64,000 nt of DNA, from the NCBI GenBank assembly GCA_009859145.1, contig VRVR01000002.1, forward strand, positions 1 to 64,000. Direction: 5' to 3'. This document shows, one piece after another, positions 28,823-39,497 of the stretch. The translations under genes and the position numbers were made by a program. The DNA is from Andalucia godoyi And28. Lineage: Eukaryota > Protista > Jakobida. Each line of letters opens with the position of its first letter. Positions within the stretch are counted from its first letter, which is position 1. Below the pieces are notes generated by a model. That model was not told the origin of the DNA. It made no database searches and saw only the letters and a list, made by a program, of their open reading frames with translations.

Positions 28823-29641
28823 CTACGTGCTTCCAAGACATTGCAGATCCTTGAATCCGAGGGCATACTGCAGAAACAGACAGTACCACTGGGCATTACA
28901 AGCATTTTCACGCTGAATGGGTCGATTTCCAACGTGATCTGCATATTGTTTCGCCTTTGTCCAGCTCCATCCCAAATACCGCATCTGGTACGCTATTCCC
29001 ATCTCCCCGCTGCGGTCCATGCCGTGTTCACAGTGCCAGTACAACACCGTCGGAGTGTCGGATGTAGTCGCATGGAGCATATCGTACATTTGCTGCGTTC
29101 GATTATGCAGCAGATCGAGATCCCAGTCTGAAAACGTCCGTGCTTTTGCCTCTTGATCGGTCGCGGAGTACTGATTCGGGCAGCTCGCGGACCCGTAGAA
29201 CGGCCAATGATGTAGCCGGCCGCGCTCCGGAAACTGGAAAAAATACGAGTTCTCAATCTTCAGGTCGGTGTCTTCGATGATCTGCATGCCGGAAAGCAAG
29301 CTCAGGTCCGTCAAATAGAACGACGCCGGCAGTGGAATATGCGTCTCGTTCGCAGCCTTGATGGTCATAAACTCCCGCAGCTCCGTGTACCCAAAACACA
29401 TCCACAACGGCTGTGAAAACCCACAGTCCTGCATCGGAACAGAGTCGTTCCGAGGCATGTCTCCCCGGAACAAAATGTTGTATGCGCGGTCCGGACGCTG
29501 CACATAATCAACCACATGCACCTTGGCAAGCTTTACTCCCAAGGACACTCCACACATTCCAAAAAGCACCACCGTCTGAAGAAGCAGTGTCGTCCAAATA
29601 CCAGACCGAGAACCGCCATCTCGTCTCCGCATTTCCACCAT
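28823..29641 (-). CDS. Secreted PTP/DSP-fold phosphatase-like protein
   Basis: N-terminal hydrophobic signal segment; P-loop WHCEHGMDRSG (HCxxGxxR). Confidence 0.75.
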   Translation of the reverse strand: MVEMRRRDGGSRSGIWTTLLLQTVVLFGMCGVSLGVKLAKVHVVDYVQRPDRAYNILFRGDMPRNDSVPMQDCGFSQPLWMCFGYTELREFMTIKAANETHIPLPASFYLTDLSLLSGMQIIEDTDLKIENSYFFQFPERGRLHHWPFYGSASCPNQYSATDQEAKARTFSDWDLDLLHNRTQQMYDMLHATTSDTPTVLYWHCEHGMDRSGEMGIAYQMRYLGWSWTKAKQYADHVGNRPIQRENACNAQWYCLFLQYALGFKDLQCLGST

Positions 29642-29947
29642 CAGGTAAGCGCTCCTTTTTTACTCTATTTATTCCTTCGTTTTTGTCTCTCTTCTCGCTG
29701 TCCTGTGTCAACAAACGGCCAAGCTACACACAAAGGACGCTTTCATCCTTCATCCGCTGGCATCGTGGTGCAGGGCTACGGTCGGCGGGCGGGAGAACTT
29801 CTAGCAACAAAAATATTTAGCAACGAGGTGCGCTCGTTTCCTCCTTTGTATACTGTTTTTTCCGTTGCACTTGCCACTACCATTATCATTATTGTTATTG
29901 CTACTGTTATTGGATTAGACATTTTTTGGGTGGCTTTATGAGTGGAG

Positions 29948-32452
29948 ATGGAGCCGCCGAGCCCCACAAAGCAGATGATGGATCGATTGCTGAATATCCA
30001 GCCTTCGAGTCCCACAAAGCAGATGATGGATCGATTGCTGAATATCCAGCCTTCGAGTCCCACCAAGCAGATGATGGATCGACTGCTAATGATGAACGGG
30101 CATGCTCCTCCTCCGCTGAGTCCAACGCGCCAAATGATCGATCGACTGCTTGCCATCAACATTGACGTTCCCACATCACCTGCGCAGCGTGCTAGATATG
30201 CGCCGAAGAAATTGGGAATGGAGGAACCGGAGAGAGCACGAATGGAACGCCGTCTCGGTTATCCTGCAGTGTCTTCCTCTCATACACTACCACATCAGCA
30301 GCAGCAGGAGCAGCAGCAGCAGCAACAACAACAACAACAACAACAACAAGAGCCGCGGCTCTACCCGACATTGGTAAACACGATGACCAGTCGAGCGTCG
30401 TCGTCTTCTCCTTCTCCTGCCTCCTCTTCGTTGACGATGAAGGACTCTGGAAATTTCGACGAGGTCTACATGCCAAGAGTCGAGCAGATGCTGGCAAGGA
30501 AACGACTCTCCGAAGGATTTCAGGTTCCACGACGCCACGATCCACCGCCTCCGACGCCATCTTCGCAGCCGCCGCAGTCTGTGAGTTCTCTGCTGAATGC
30601 AGATGATGTCATGATACCGAAACTATCGCTGGACTACCCTCCAAGACCCTCTATTGTACCGGCGTCCGCCGAAGACAAGGAGGCAAAAGTACGAGCGCAA
30701 AAGCAAAGAGCTGAAGAAGAGGCACGCCGAATGAAGCAGTCTGCTCTCGAAAAAATTGAAGTTGAGCGGCAAAAGAGACTGGAAGCGGCAAAGCGTGCTG
30801 AAGAAGAACGGAAGCGGAAGCATGAAGCAGAGGAACAAAGAAGAATCATCGAGGAGCACGAAAAGGACAGACTGAAAGGCGAGATTCAGCAACTGCGAAG
30901 CCAGCTGGAAAGAGAACGGCGGCTTGCAGAGGAAACCGAGCAAAGACGCCTCGCAATTGCAGAAGAAGAGTCCAAGAAGAGGAAGCTGGAAGAAGAACTT
31001 GCTGCAGCCAGAGAAAAGCGATTGATTGCAGAAAAGAAGCAGAAGGCACTGGAGAAGCAACGGCGCCTGAACGAACTGCTTGAGAAGGCACGCATTCAAA
31101 GTTTGCAACAACTGAGGACGTGTTTCCTTGCATGGCAGCAGTATGCAATCGAGACGGCACATCGAGAAAGGTCACTTATGAGAGAGCGAGAGTGGAAGTT
31201 TCTTGCACGGACAATGGCTCGGTGGAAAGCGGCATTTCGGCATCAAATACTGCAAAGACAGGCGGTGATGAAAAAGCAGCTGGAAGAAAAGCTTGCCTCT
31301 ATGGACCGCATGGCGCTTGCCCATAATGAAATGCGGCTGTCTCAGCACATGTTCCGTATTTGGAGGCGAAAGTGGCATGTGATCCATGAGCAACGTCGAG
31401 TTCACGAACACCATCACACGCGCCGGCAGAGAATTGACAGTGTTCTCAGCAAACTACAAGAGAAATTTGGCGATGATCAGGAACACAGCAGATCTGGATC
31501 TGAAGATTACCCCACGGATTTTGTCACAGGAGTCTCTGCGGCCGTTGCCAGCGCGTCCATCGGTGCTTTTCACGACCAGCAACCTCCGTTGTCTGCTCGG
31601 TCTGCCACCGACACTGCAAAACTATCGTCCACCACGGGATCCCACGCGAATCGATTCTTGGAAGAAATGAAGAAGCGCGAGGAAATTCGGCTGATGCGGA
31701 AGCGAGAATTTGAAGATCGGCAGAAAGCACTGCGAGATGAAAAGGTGCGCAAGGATGCGGAAGAAAAGTCCCGAATGGAGCAAGCCGAGAAGGAGCAGAA
31801 AAAGCGTGAGATGGAAGAGAGGCGGAGAAAGAAGGAAGAGGACGAGCGACGCCAAGCGGAACGTGTGATTGCCGAGCAGGAGCTTGCAAACAGACTGCAG
31901 CATGCATCGCAACATCACGATCGCGCGACGCTGCGCTATCGCGGCTTGCTTCCATGGAGACAGCTCGTTGCCTTGCATCGTGAAGCGATTGCGCAAGCCG
32001 ACGAGCGATCGAACAAACGAGTGGAGTCCCATTACTTTCGCAAGTGGGTTCGCGCAAGACAGGACAGCGAAGAGCGCCGGCTGGCCCGTGCATCGGTCCT
32101 CGGTCGAAGAATTCTGCTGCGGCTCTTCTTTGAAATGTGGAAAAGCCGACGTGGGGCGATCGAAATCTTCGTCCACGTTGTCTATGCGGCCTGCGATGCT
32201 GGAATATGTCGTTCGTCTTTCCAACACTGGCATCAACGTGCCCATGCAAGGCAAGCTGCCCGTCGTGCCGAGGAGGTGCGGCTTGAAACGGCTGCGGATG
32301 CGCACTTTAAGATCCAGACGAAACGGCACGTGTGGGATGAGTGGAAACGCTTTGTCGAAGCCTCTCGGTTTGAACGAGAGCGCAGTCGCATTCGTCAAGC
32401 GTTTGCACGGACTGTTCGTGATTTTCTCCCGGACTCACAGATTGGGTTGTAG
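29948..32452 (+). CDS. CCDC191: Coiled-coil domain-containing protein 191-like (centriolar/ciliary)
   Basis: Charged coiled coils, Sfi1-like W repeats, LRYRGLLPWRQL and terminal TVRDFLPD, resembling the CCDC191 C-terminus. Confidence 0.7.
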   Translation: MEPPSPTKQMMDRLLNIQPSSPTKQMMDRLLNIQPSSPTKQMMDRLLMMNGHAPPPLSPTRQMIDRLLAINIDVPTSPAQRARYAPKKLGMEEPERARMERRLGYPAVSSSHTLPHQQQQEQQQQQQQQQQQQQEPRLYPTLVNTMTSRASSSSPSPASSSLTMKDSGNFDEVYMPRVEQMLARKRLSEGFQVPRRHDPPPPTPSSQPPQSVSSLLNADDVMIPKLSLDYPPRPSIVPASAEDKEAKVRAQKQRAEEEARRMKQSALEKIEVERQKRLEAAKRAEEERKRKHEAEEQRRIIEEHEKDRLKGEIQQLRSQLERERRLAEETEQRRLAIAEEESKKRKLEEELAAAREKRLIAEKKQKALEKQRRLNELLEKARIQSLQQLRTCFLAWQQYAIETAHRERSLMREREWKFLARTMARWKAAFRHQILQRQAVMKKQLEEKLASMDRMALAHNEMRLSQHMFRIWRRKWHVIHEQRRVHEHHHTRRQRIDSVLSKLQEKFGDDQEHSRSGSEDYPTDFVTGVSAAVASASIGAFHDQQPPLSARSATDTAKLSSTTGSHANRFLEEMKKREEIRLMRKREFEDRQKALRDEKVRKDAEEKSRMEQAEKEQKKREMEERRRKKEEDERRQAERVIAEQELANRLQHASQHHDRATLRYRGLLPWRQLVALHREAIAQADERSNKRVESHYFRKWVRARQDSEERRLARASVLGRRILLRLFFEMWKSRRGAIEIFVHVVYAACDAGICRSSFQHWHQRAHARQAARRAEEVRLETAADAHFKIQTKRHVWDEWKRFVEASRFERERSRIRQAFARTVRDFLPDSQIGL
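29958..30160 (+). repeat. 48-bp coding tandem repeat (3 units plus 1 degenerate; PSSPTKQMMDRLLNIQ)
   Basis: Units start at 29958, 30006 and 30054, with a degenerate unit at ~30117. Confidence 0.95.
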
Positions 32453-32533
32453 GGTAGGTAGAATAGTTTGGTTTTTTGTACAGAAACCCCCGTCGCACAA
32501 TCCGCGCATGATTTTATTCGTTGGAGTTTAACA

Positions 32534-32650
32534 CCTACATTGTACAGTAACCACGGATAATCATCGCTGACCACCCATAATCAATGCTGCAACACCAACA
32601 TGCATAGCATGATTGGGAAGGGGGTAGGCCCCCAACACGCCCCTCGGCAT
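32534..32650 (-). ncRNA. Candidate omegaRNA region (copy A3)
   Basis: Between the RuvC-III motif and the element end. 36-nt hairpin at 32583-32548 followed by CTGTACAATGTAGG. Confidence 0.55.
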
Positions 32651-33236
32651 GAGAGACGTTCCCAAGATAGATGTAGATGCTGCGCGCGCCGTTCCAATCG
32701 CGGTCGAGCGTGCATTTGCACGATGAGCAACACACCGCCTTGTTGCCAGACAACTTGCGATGGATTTCCTCCGCAACGGCCGCACGTTTTAGACGTGTAC
32801 TCCTCCGTCACAAGTCACAACCGACGCCTGCCGCCCCCGCGATTTCGCACAATTTTTGAAGAGCAGCCGCTGCTGGAATTGATAATGGCCCCATGTCAAC
32901 ATCTGCCACGTCGTTGTCGCCTTGGCGATCTTTCCTGGCGGCGGCCCAGCGCCGGAAGGTGGCGGTGGATATTGTCATGGGTCTTGCACAGCGTTGCGGG
33001 CGTGACGTACATGGTGCGTTGCATGGACAATAACAATAAGAAATGAGCGTCGCTGTGCGAGAATGCCACGCGGCGGCGTGTTTATAGGGATTTCATGATC
33101 AAAATGGGGCGAAACGAATCGGGACATCGTGTGACGGGGTTGTCAAGATAGCAAACACATGCGCATGGGCGCTTGGCAGTGTGTTTGTTTGCGTGCGCTT
33201 TAGATTGCTTCATCATATCGCAAATAGTGGCAGCGG
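32534..33236 (-). mobile_element. Family A copy A3: internally deleted Fanzor2/IS607-like element with both ends and the Fanzor C-terminal half
   Basis: With frameshifts: LCKTHDNI (32991-32968), MLTWGHYQFQQRLLFK (32902-32855), VTEEYTSKTCGRCG (32811-32770), CCSSCKCTLDRDWNGARSI (ending 32676). This is the RuvC-II / Zn-ribbon / RuvC-III order of TnpB/Fanzor. Both ends are shared with A1. Confidence 0.88.
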
Positions 33237-33416
33237 CTCGTCGTTTATCACCGTTATGCATCCTTCTGGCTTACGGGATGCTGTTAGAATGCCCAAGATT
33301 CCTGCAGAAAGAACGGCGAAAAAAGGAAAAGAAAAAAAGGCGGAGGGGGGACCAAAACAGGGAAGGGAGCAAGATTGAAAAACAAATGATAGAAAGAAGA
33401 CCGTATGCGAGACAGC

Positions 33417-34082
33417 TTATTTTTGTTTGTTGTAAATGGTAAGAGCAACTGCAGCTACGATACCGCAAGCAAGGATACAGAGGAAGCACAGAATAATCTT
33501 ATCCGTCATCATTCTTCTGATGAAAGCCTTGAGTTCTCGATCTGCACGCTTCAGCTGCGTTTCGATTTTGTCCAAGTCGTCTGAGATTCTCGACAACTGC
33601 TCCGTTTGTTCCTTGAGTTTTCCAGCCGTTGCACGACCCACCGCTTCTGTCGTTTCAATGGTCCTCTTGGATCGTTCCAGCGAAGACAGCGACTCGTTTT
33701 GCGTATCCACACCAGCCTGTGCAAGCTGCCCCGTCGTCATTTGGTTTGGGTCCGTTGAGCGCGCCGGCTTTGCTCCCGCCACAAGATCTTCTCTGTCCTT
33801 CTCTGTCTTTGCCCACGAAAGATCCGAAAGAAGCTTATTCAGAGTATTTTGGTGGTCTTTCGCCCGCGCCTGGTATGTTCGCCGGTCTGCAGGCGCAAGT
33901 TCTGGAATCTCCATCTTGAACGAATTAAACACTTGACGAGCTCGCTCAATGCGCTTCTCCGTAAACGTCACTTTTTCCTGTCGAGCATTTCCCTTTAGCT
34001 TTGCAAGCGAATCAATCCCGCTTCGGATCTCCTCCTCAATCTCGTTCAGCTGGTCGTCATAATCCTGAATCACAGATGCCAT
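33417..34082 (-). CDS. NPSN: NPSN-like Qb-SNARE
   Basis: Habc N-terminus, SNARE helix LKEQTEQLSRISDDLD...RRMMTDKIILCFL and C-terminal TM. TDK-then-TM is NPSN-type rather than Vti1-type. Confidence 0.8.
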   Translation of the reverse strand: MASVIQDYDDQLNEIEEEIRSGIDSLAKLKGNARQEKVTFTEKRIERARQVFNSFKMEIPELAPADRRTYQARAKDHQNTLNKLLSDLSWAKTEKDREDLVAGAKPARSTDPNQMTTGQLAQAGVDTQNESLSSLERSKRTIETTEAVGRATAGKLKEQTEQLSRISDDLDKIETQLKRADRELKAFIRRMMTDKIILCFLCILACGIVAAVALTIYNKQK

Positions 34083-34655
34083 CTCCCCTTCTTCCGTATA
34101 TCAGTCAGTCCCAGTGTCTTCAGCAAACAATGGACGCAATTCAGAAAAATAGTAACAAAAACAAAGACAAAGACAAAGACAAAGACAAAGAAGAAGAAAG
34201 AAGAAAGAAGAAGAAAGAAAGGACAGAAAGGACAGAAAGGAAAGGAAAAAGAGAAAAAGGGATACACAGGAAAAGGTGGGGAAAATGAGCAACAGAATGA
34301 AACGGGAGCAGGTCTTTTTGGGCTCTCATTTGCTCGGCAGGCAGGGGAAAAGCAAAAGAGAAAAAACGCCTAAAAAACTGTAAAATAAATATTTAAAAGA
34401 ATGACCAATTCTTTTTCGCAAGTCTGTAGACACAATTGATGCTGGAATGGCGTGTTTCCCTTTTTCTTTTTTCCCCCCACTATCTTTTTATTTCCTTATG
34501 CATTTCCCGCGAAAAAAGAAACGCTCTGGAGAAAAATCAATATGAATGCAGACGACGAGGCGAACAGTGTTGCAGTTTTCGGTTGCATTTTTTCTTTCTT
34601 TTTATTATTTTTTCTTGGTTGCTTTTTGGCAAAGGTTAGAGTTGAGATCTCTGGC

Positions 34656-35681
34656 ATGGTGCAGCAAGTCGAGTACAAGTTTAATTTTCCTTGCACCGTG
34701 CAGCAAATATGGAACATTTGTTTTGCGGATGCGTCGTACGTGATCAACTATCACACGTTTCGTCATGATACGGACATAGTGGTTGGGAAATGGCTGCCTG
34801 CGCTGGATGGGGAAGTAGCAGTGGACTCACAGAGAATTGTAAAGTTCACTCCAGCAAACGCTGTTCCGCAGGTGGTCTCGAAGCTAACTGGGATTGCATC
34901 GCCACACTGCGTGCTTGTCGAGAAGCGCATGAAGCCAACCAAGGCGTCGGTGCCCGGCCGCGAGATCGTTGTTGAGTCGGAACTTGGCTTTGAAGAGGCA
35001 TCAATGGCTGGGTTCAAACAGACCAATACATGGTGCCTGATGGATGCAGCTTCTGGAATTGGGTGCGATGTTGTCGTGACGGGCCGTGCAGAATACGTCG
35101 GTAAGATTTGGGGCGTTTCAGGAATGATCGAATCCTCAATGCTTGCTGCAATGAAAAAATCGTTTGTGCTCTGGGGACAAGTTGCAAACGAGTATGTAGA
35201 GAACACTCTTTCCAAGATGATGACAGCGACGCCACAGGAGGGTGTCGAACGACCTTTGCAACCACAGGCAGTCTCGGAAAGCGGCGCCATCCGTGTGTCG
35301 ATGGGAATCGAGTCATCTGTCAGCGTCGGTGACGAAGAGTTCTTTGATGCTGCATCCATCTCTGGAGAAGCATCGCACGATGATCTGGCCGTCATCCGGA
35401 GAGAAATCGAAAAGCTCAGCACGGACGTTCGGTTCCTTTCAACGGCGGTCCGAAATGCAGCAGTCATTCGCGCTGCATCGACCAGTGCGCCAAGCGCAAC
35501 CACTGACACAGCTGTGCAAATCATCCTTTCAAAGATTTCGGAGATGCAGAGCGAAATGAATGTACTGCGCACAGAAAATGCCGCAAACAGACTGTATCTG
35601 CGACTCAGCACGCTAGGAATCATTCTGCTGGCGGTGCCTCTGGTATTCTCGAGCATCGGAATTCGACGATTGCTGCGATAA
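34656..35681 (+). CDS. VASt (StART-like) domain protein with coiled coil and C-terminal TM
   Basis: FPCTVQQIWNICF...DIVVGKW...RIVKF...WGVSGMIES pattern. Start is uncertain: ATG 34656 chosen, but the frame is open from 34452. Confidence 0.7.
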   Translation: MVQQVEYKFNFPCTVQQIWNICFADASYVINYHTFRHDTDIVVGKWLPALDGEVAVDSQRIVKFTPANAVPQVVSKLTGIASPHCVLVEKRMKPTKASVPGREIVVESELGFEEASMAGFKQTNTWCLMDAASGIGCDVVVTGRAEYVGKIWGVSGMIESSMLAAMKKSFVLWGQVANEYVENTLSKMMTATPQEGVERPLQPQAVSESGAIRVSMGIESSVSVGDEEFFDAASISGEASHDDLAVIRREIEKLSTDVRFLSTAVRNAAVIRAASTSAPSATTDTAVQIILSKISEMQSEMNVLRTENAANRLYLRLSTLGIILLAVPLVFSSIGIRRLLR

Positions 35682-35911
35682 GCAAGGAGAGGGTTTCTTG
35701 TTCATCGAAATCGAGGAAGAATGCAAAAAAGAAAGAAGGGGAGGAAGGAGGAGAAAGGACGCGTGGGGAAGGGGATTCTGGGATCGTACAGCGGTATTTT
35801 TTTTAATTACCTACGAACTACACAGGAGCAGGGCACAGCAAAAACAAACAGAAAAGAAAAAAGAAAAAAGAAAAAAGAAAAAAGCAAGGCGGCGCCGTGG
35901 GGGCTAGGGGT

Positions 35912-38138
35912 TCAGGCGGTCTTTGCTCCCTTGCTGGCGTTCGCAGCGGAACGACGGTCTTCCAACGACACACGCAGTGTCGGGGGTATGTACTGGATGT
36001 CTAGTTTTGAAATGATACTTGCGATGTGTTCGATTAGCGCGGTCTTGGCCGGGCCCCACACATCTGTGGCCTGCCAAGAGCACTTGATGCGGAAGTAGCA
36101 TGCAATTGTCATTTTTGTGCCGTCTTCAATGGACGCAGTTTCGAGGGCCGGCTCCTCCCACAGAGATGCATGCATCCGGCAGTAGCTGACGATCTCTTCC
36201 TTGAACTTCGCCACCTTTTCAGGAGGAGTGCGCACGTCAATGTGGAAATTGGTCCAGATGGAAGCAAATGGATTCCGTCGAAGATTCAGCACAACAGAAG
36301 AAAACAAAATGGAATTCGGAATCGTAACCTCTTCACCGCGCGTTGTCGTTGTGCGCGTCGCAAACAACCCGATTCTCTTCACGATGTACGTGTCGCTTTG
36401 CAAATTCGTGATCTTAATGCGGTCCCCAACATTGAAGGGTCGCACACCGAGGACAAGCACTGCAGATTCAAACATCTTTTGCGCAGTGGAGCCGAATGCA
36501 AAGGACAGTCCAAGAAACAGAGAGGAGAGCGGCAAAATCACAGTGAACAGTGCATATCCATATGAGACCAACCACGCAATGAAGGCTATTATCCAAAACG
36601 GCACACCAAGCAGGCGAGAGAGGACGAGCGTGATGCCTTCGTAGTCCGCCAGGTTGTTGGCAAGCCATTTTCGCTGTTTGTAGATGGAAACGATTTCTTC
36701 CACAAGCGGGGCCATATGAAGACGCCCATTCACATCTGGTTTGAACTGGGCCCACGCTTTCTTCGTGATTTCAGAGTTCACGGCTTTGCCCAAATGACGC
36801 GCCATATCATGAATATCCACAAAGGAGTCGTCATGCTGTGCATTTCGCAGCAAGTTGTCAAAAATAGACCCTGCAATCTCAATCGCATCCTGCCGACCCT
36901 TGACTTCGTTCCATACAAAACGATCGACTTCCGCAGACTTTGTGACTGTTTTCAGCTTTTTGCTCCGTACCATTTCCACGAGTTGCGAGAATCTCCCATG
37001 AGATAGCTGTTTTGAAAACGATTCGCTCGCCAGAAGGCCAAGAGACGGCAGATTTTCATGCGAAGGAGGAACGGTCAATTCCTGAAACGACAAGATAGAA
37101 GAAGGCGAACTTGATATGCCACTCGCATCACCAGAAGTGTGTCTCCGTCGATGGCGACGCATGACCAGCTTCGTTAGCAGCTTTTCTCGAAACAGCGAGC
37201 GCTGAATTTCTTCTGCAAACCTGTCCTTCTTGTAGTGCACAATAACGTGGACTTGAAACAGCTTTTGAAAAACATAAAACACGGATGTCCACAGCAAGTT
37301 CACAATGGTTTGTCGCACAACAGACATGTAAGGAAACTTCATGTCGGCATCTGTAAGCAGCCGTTGCCACCCGACCACCAAGGCAGTGAAGTACACAACA
37401 CACGTCAAGACCGTTTGCAGGCTTTCTACGTACACTAATATCGCGTCCTGTGTATCCATTCGGTTCACGATGTACAGAATGCAAAACACCACAACTGACG
37501 AAATGTTCCACGCCCCGATTGCAAGAAATAAATAGAAGAACCAGAAGTACAGATGCACTTCCGCGAAGTATACGTCTGGAAACAAGAAGAAGAACAACAG
37601 CGCAAGAAATAAGACAAGCAGGAAAATCACGAACACCGGATGTCGCCGCATCAAGTCAAAGAACGGGTCGATCACGCGATCTCGGAAAGCGACGCCGATC
37701 CCGGGTCCACGGCCGTATACACGGTCTGCATGATCCTTATTGTCCGACACTGCGGTGGACCGCGAATCGGTCGAGAGGTGACCGGAAGGGGCCAGAAGGT
37801 TCTCAGCACTCCGCGGCGTGGGAACACCATCGCCGTCGCCACCAGCTGAGCTCGGCGACACAATCGTGCGCTCAGGAGTGTACGTATTCCTGCTTCTCAC
37901 AGGATCCTCATCAAAGTGCACGGAGCCTCTTTCAGACCGCAGACCCCGCAGGTCCGACGGACCCGATTGACCCTTTGATGGAGTCGCCGGAGTGTCCACC
38001 ACCACCGACACTTCATCCACGAACCTAACAGACTCGAAATCCGGAGATGAAGAATAGTTTGGTCTATCTGAGCGCTGGCCAGCATCATTGCCGGTACTCC
38101 GACTATTATTATTATTATTCTGATTATGATTATTACCG

Positions 38139-38181
<43 letters not shown>

Positions 38182-38272
38182 CACTACCCATGTTGGACGA
38201 CGGTGCAAGTGCAGATTGCGATGTCGCACGACCATGGCTGGCGGAAGTGTTTCCAGCCGATGTCACTCCCAT
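35912..38272 (-). CDS. MscS-like mechanosensitive channel (eukaryotic MSL/Msy type)
   Basis: TM cluster, EF-hand-like region, LSFAFGSTAQKMFES, VRPFNVGDRI, IPNSIL...NLRR signature. Confidence 0.93.
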
Positions 38273-38562
38273 TTCCCCGAGATAGAGGCAGCACTCGTCA
38301 CTTGCTCTCGGGACCCACGATTATTTTATTTTTCGTTTTTTGTTGTTATTATTACTATTATTATTTCCTTCTTTTTTATTATTTCTCCCACGTTGCGATC
38401 CCCAAAAAACAAAATTAAGAAACGGCAGAAGAATGCTGTGTTTTTGGCTCGTTTTGTGTAGAAGAATTTTCCCCTTGAACACACATACCTCAAACAGACT
38501 CAAGTGCCGAAGTGCTCATTTAACACACCTCATGCATCGGCAGAACCAGACATTTTCAATCT

Positions 38563-38790
38563 TCATGAGTGCCTCACGCGAGACTCCAGCTCGCTTGCAC
38601 TGGGAATACCGCGTGGATTCCGACACAAGAGCCGCGGTCGCCTGAGCCAGCACTGACGAATGTTCATCGCGGCGTTGGCATCGCGGCCCACGCACCGGCG
38701 GTCAGATGGACAGCTCACTGTGGCGCAGTGTCTCAACCCCCCGGGGCACGACGCAACACCTGTTGTGCATGACAGTTGATGATAAGTGAT
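38563..38790 (-). pseudogene. TnpB/Fanzor1-like C-terminal relic (different family from A)
   Basis: Open frame ...GGLRHCATVSCPSDRRCVGRDANAAMNIRQCWLRRPRLLCR...; RDANAAMNI at 38685-38659 is the RuvC-III motif after a C-x4-C pair. Confidence 0.6.
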
Positions 38791-39497
38791 GTGTCATGTA
38801 ACGGTCTGGTTTTCACTGCTTCTTTTTATTTCGAGTTCCTCCGATTCTTTTCTGTTTTCATTTTGTTATTTCTTTTACTCGTACAATCTGTTGTTACCAT
38901 TTTACTATATTACTTTGCCTAGTCGCCACAGTGGTTTAGCAGGAGTGCACTGCGCCACGTGATGAACGGCGAATCGTTCACCCAACTCAGGAGGGCAATC
39001 GTGCAGATCGGGATGGCGCAGCCGCTCTCGGAGCGCAGCTTTCACCACCTACACCATCGGGTTCTGAAAATGTGCAAGTATGAAACCGACGGAACAGACA
39101 AACCGACAACGTGTGGCGAAGTGTGAGGAGGATGTGGTGCCAAATAAAAACGGTGAAATATCAAAAATACGAACGCAGCAGTGCTTTATTCAATGTTTTA
39201 TTTGACACAACGAAGTCCAAGGTGAAACGAGAGAAAGGAAAAAAGGAAAAAAAGAGAATGGGTTCAACAAACAAAATCCAAGGGACGAGAGACAGCGGAT
39301 AACAGACAAAAGGGAAAAGGAAACGAGAGAAACGGAAAGGGGAAAAAGAAGACCGATTTGAGGATTTGCTGGAATTTCTGAATTGAATTTTATGGAAGCA
39401 CCCGTATTTAATATTTGTGCATTGATTGCATGGTTTCGATATTTAGTTCAATACTTATTGGTAGGTTGTAGGAAGAAGGGAGGGATTTTTTTGCGAG

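Noticed and set aside
29958-30160. Regular 48-bp repeats as a possible CRISPR-like array
   Set aside because: Units are contiguous with no unique spacers and lie in frame inside a CDS.
38959-39067. C/D-box snoRNA candidate (GTGATGA ... CTGA)
   Set aside because: No proper terminal stem; the C box is sequestered in a TGAACG/CGTTCA hairpin; the similarity to LSU rRNA upstream of the D box is not a contiguous antisense match.
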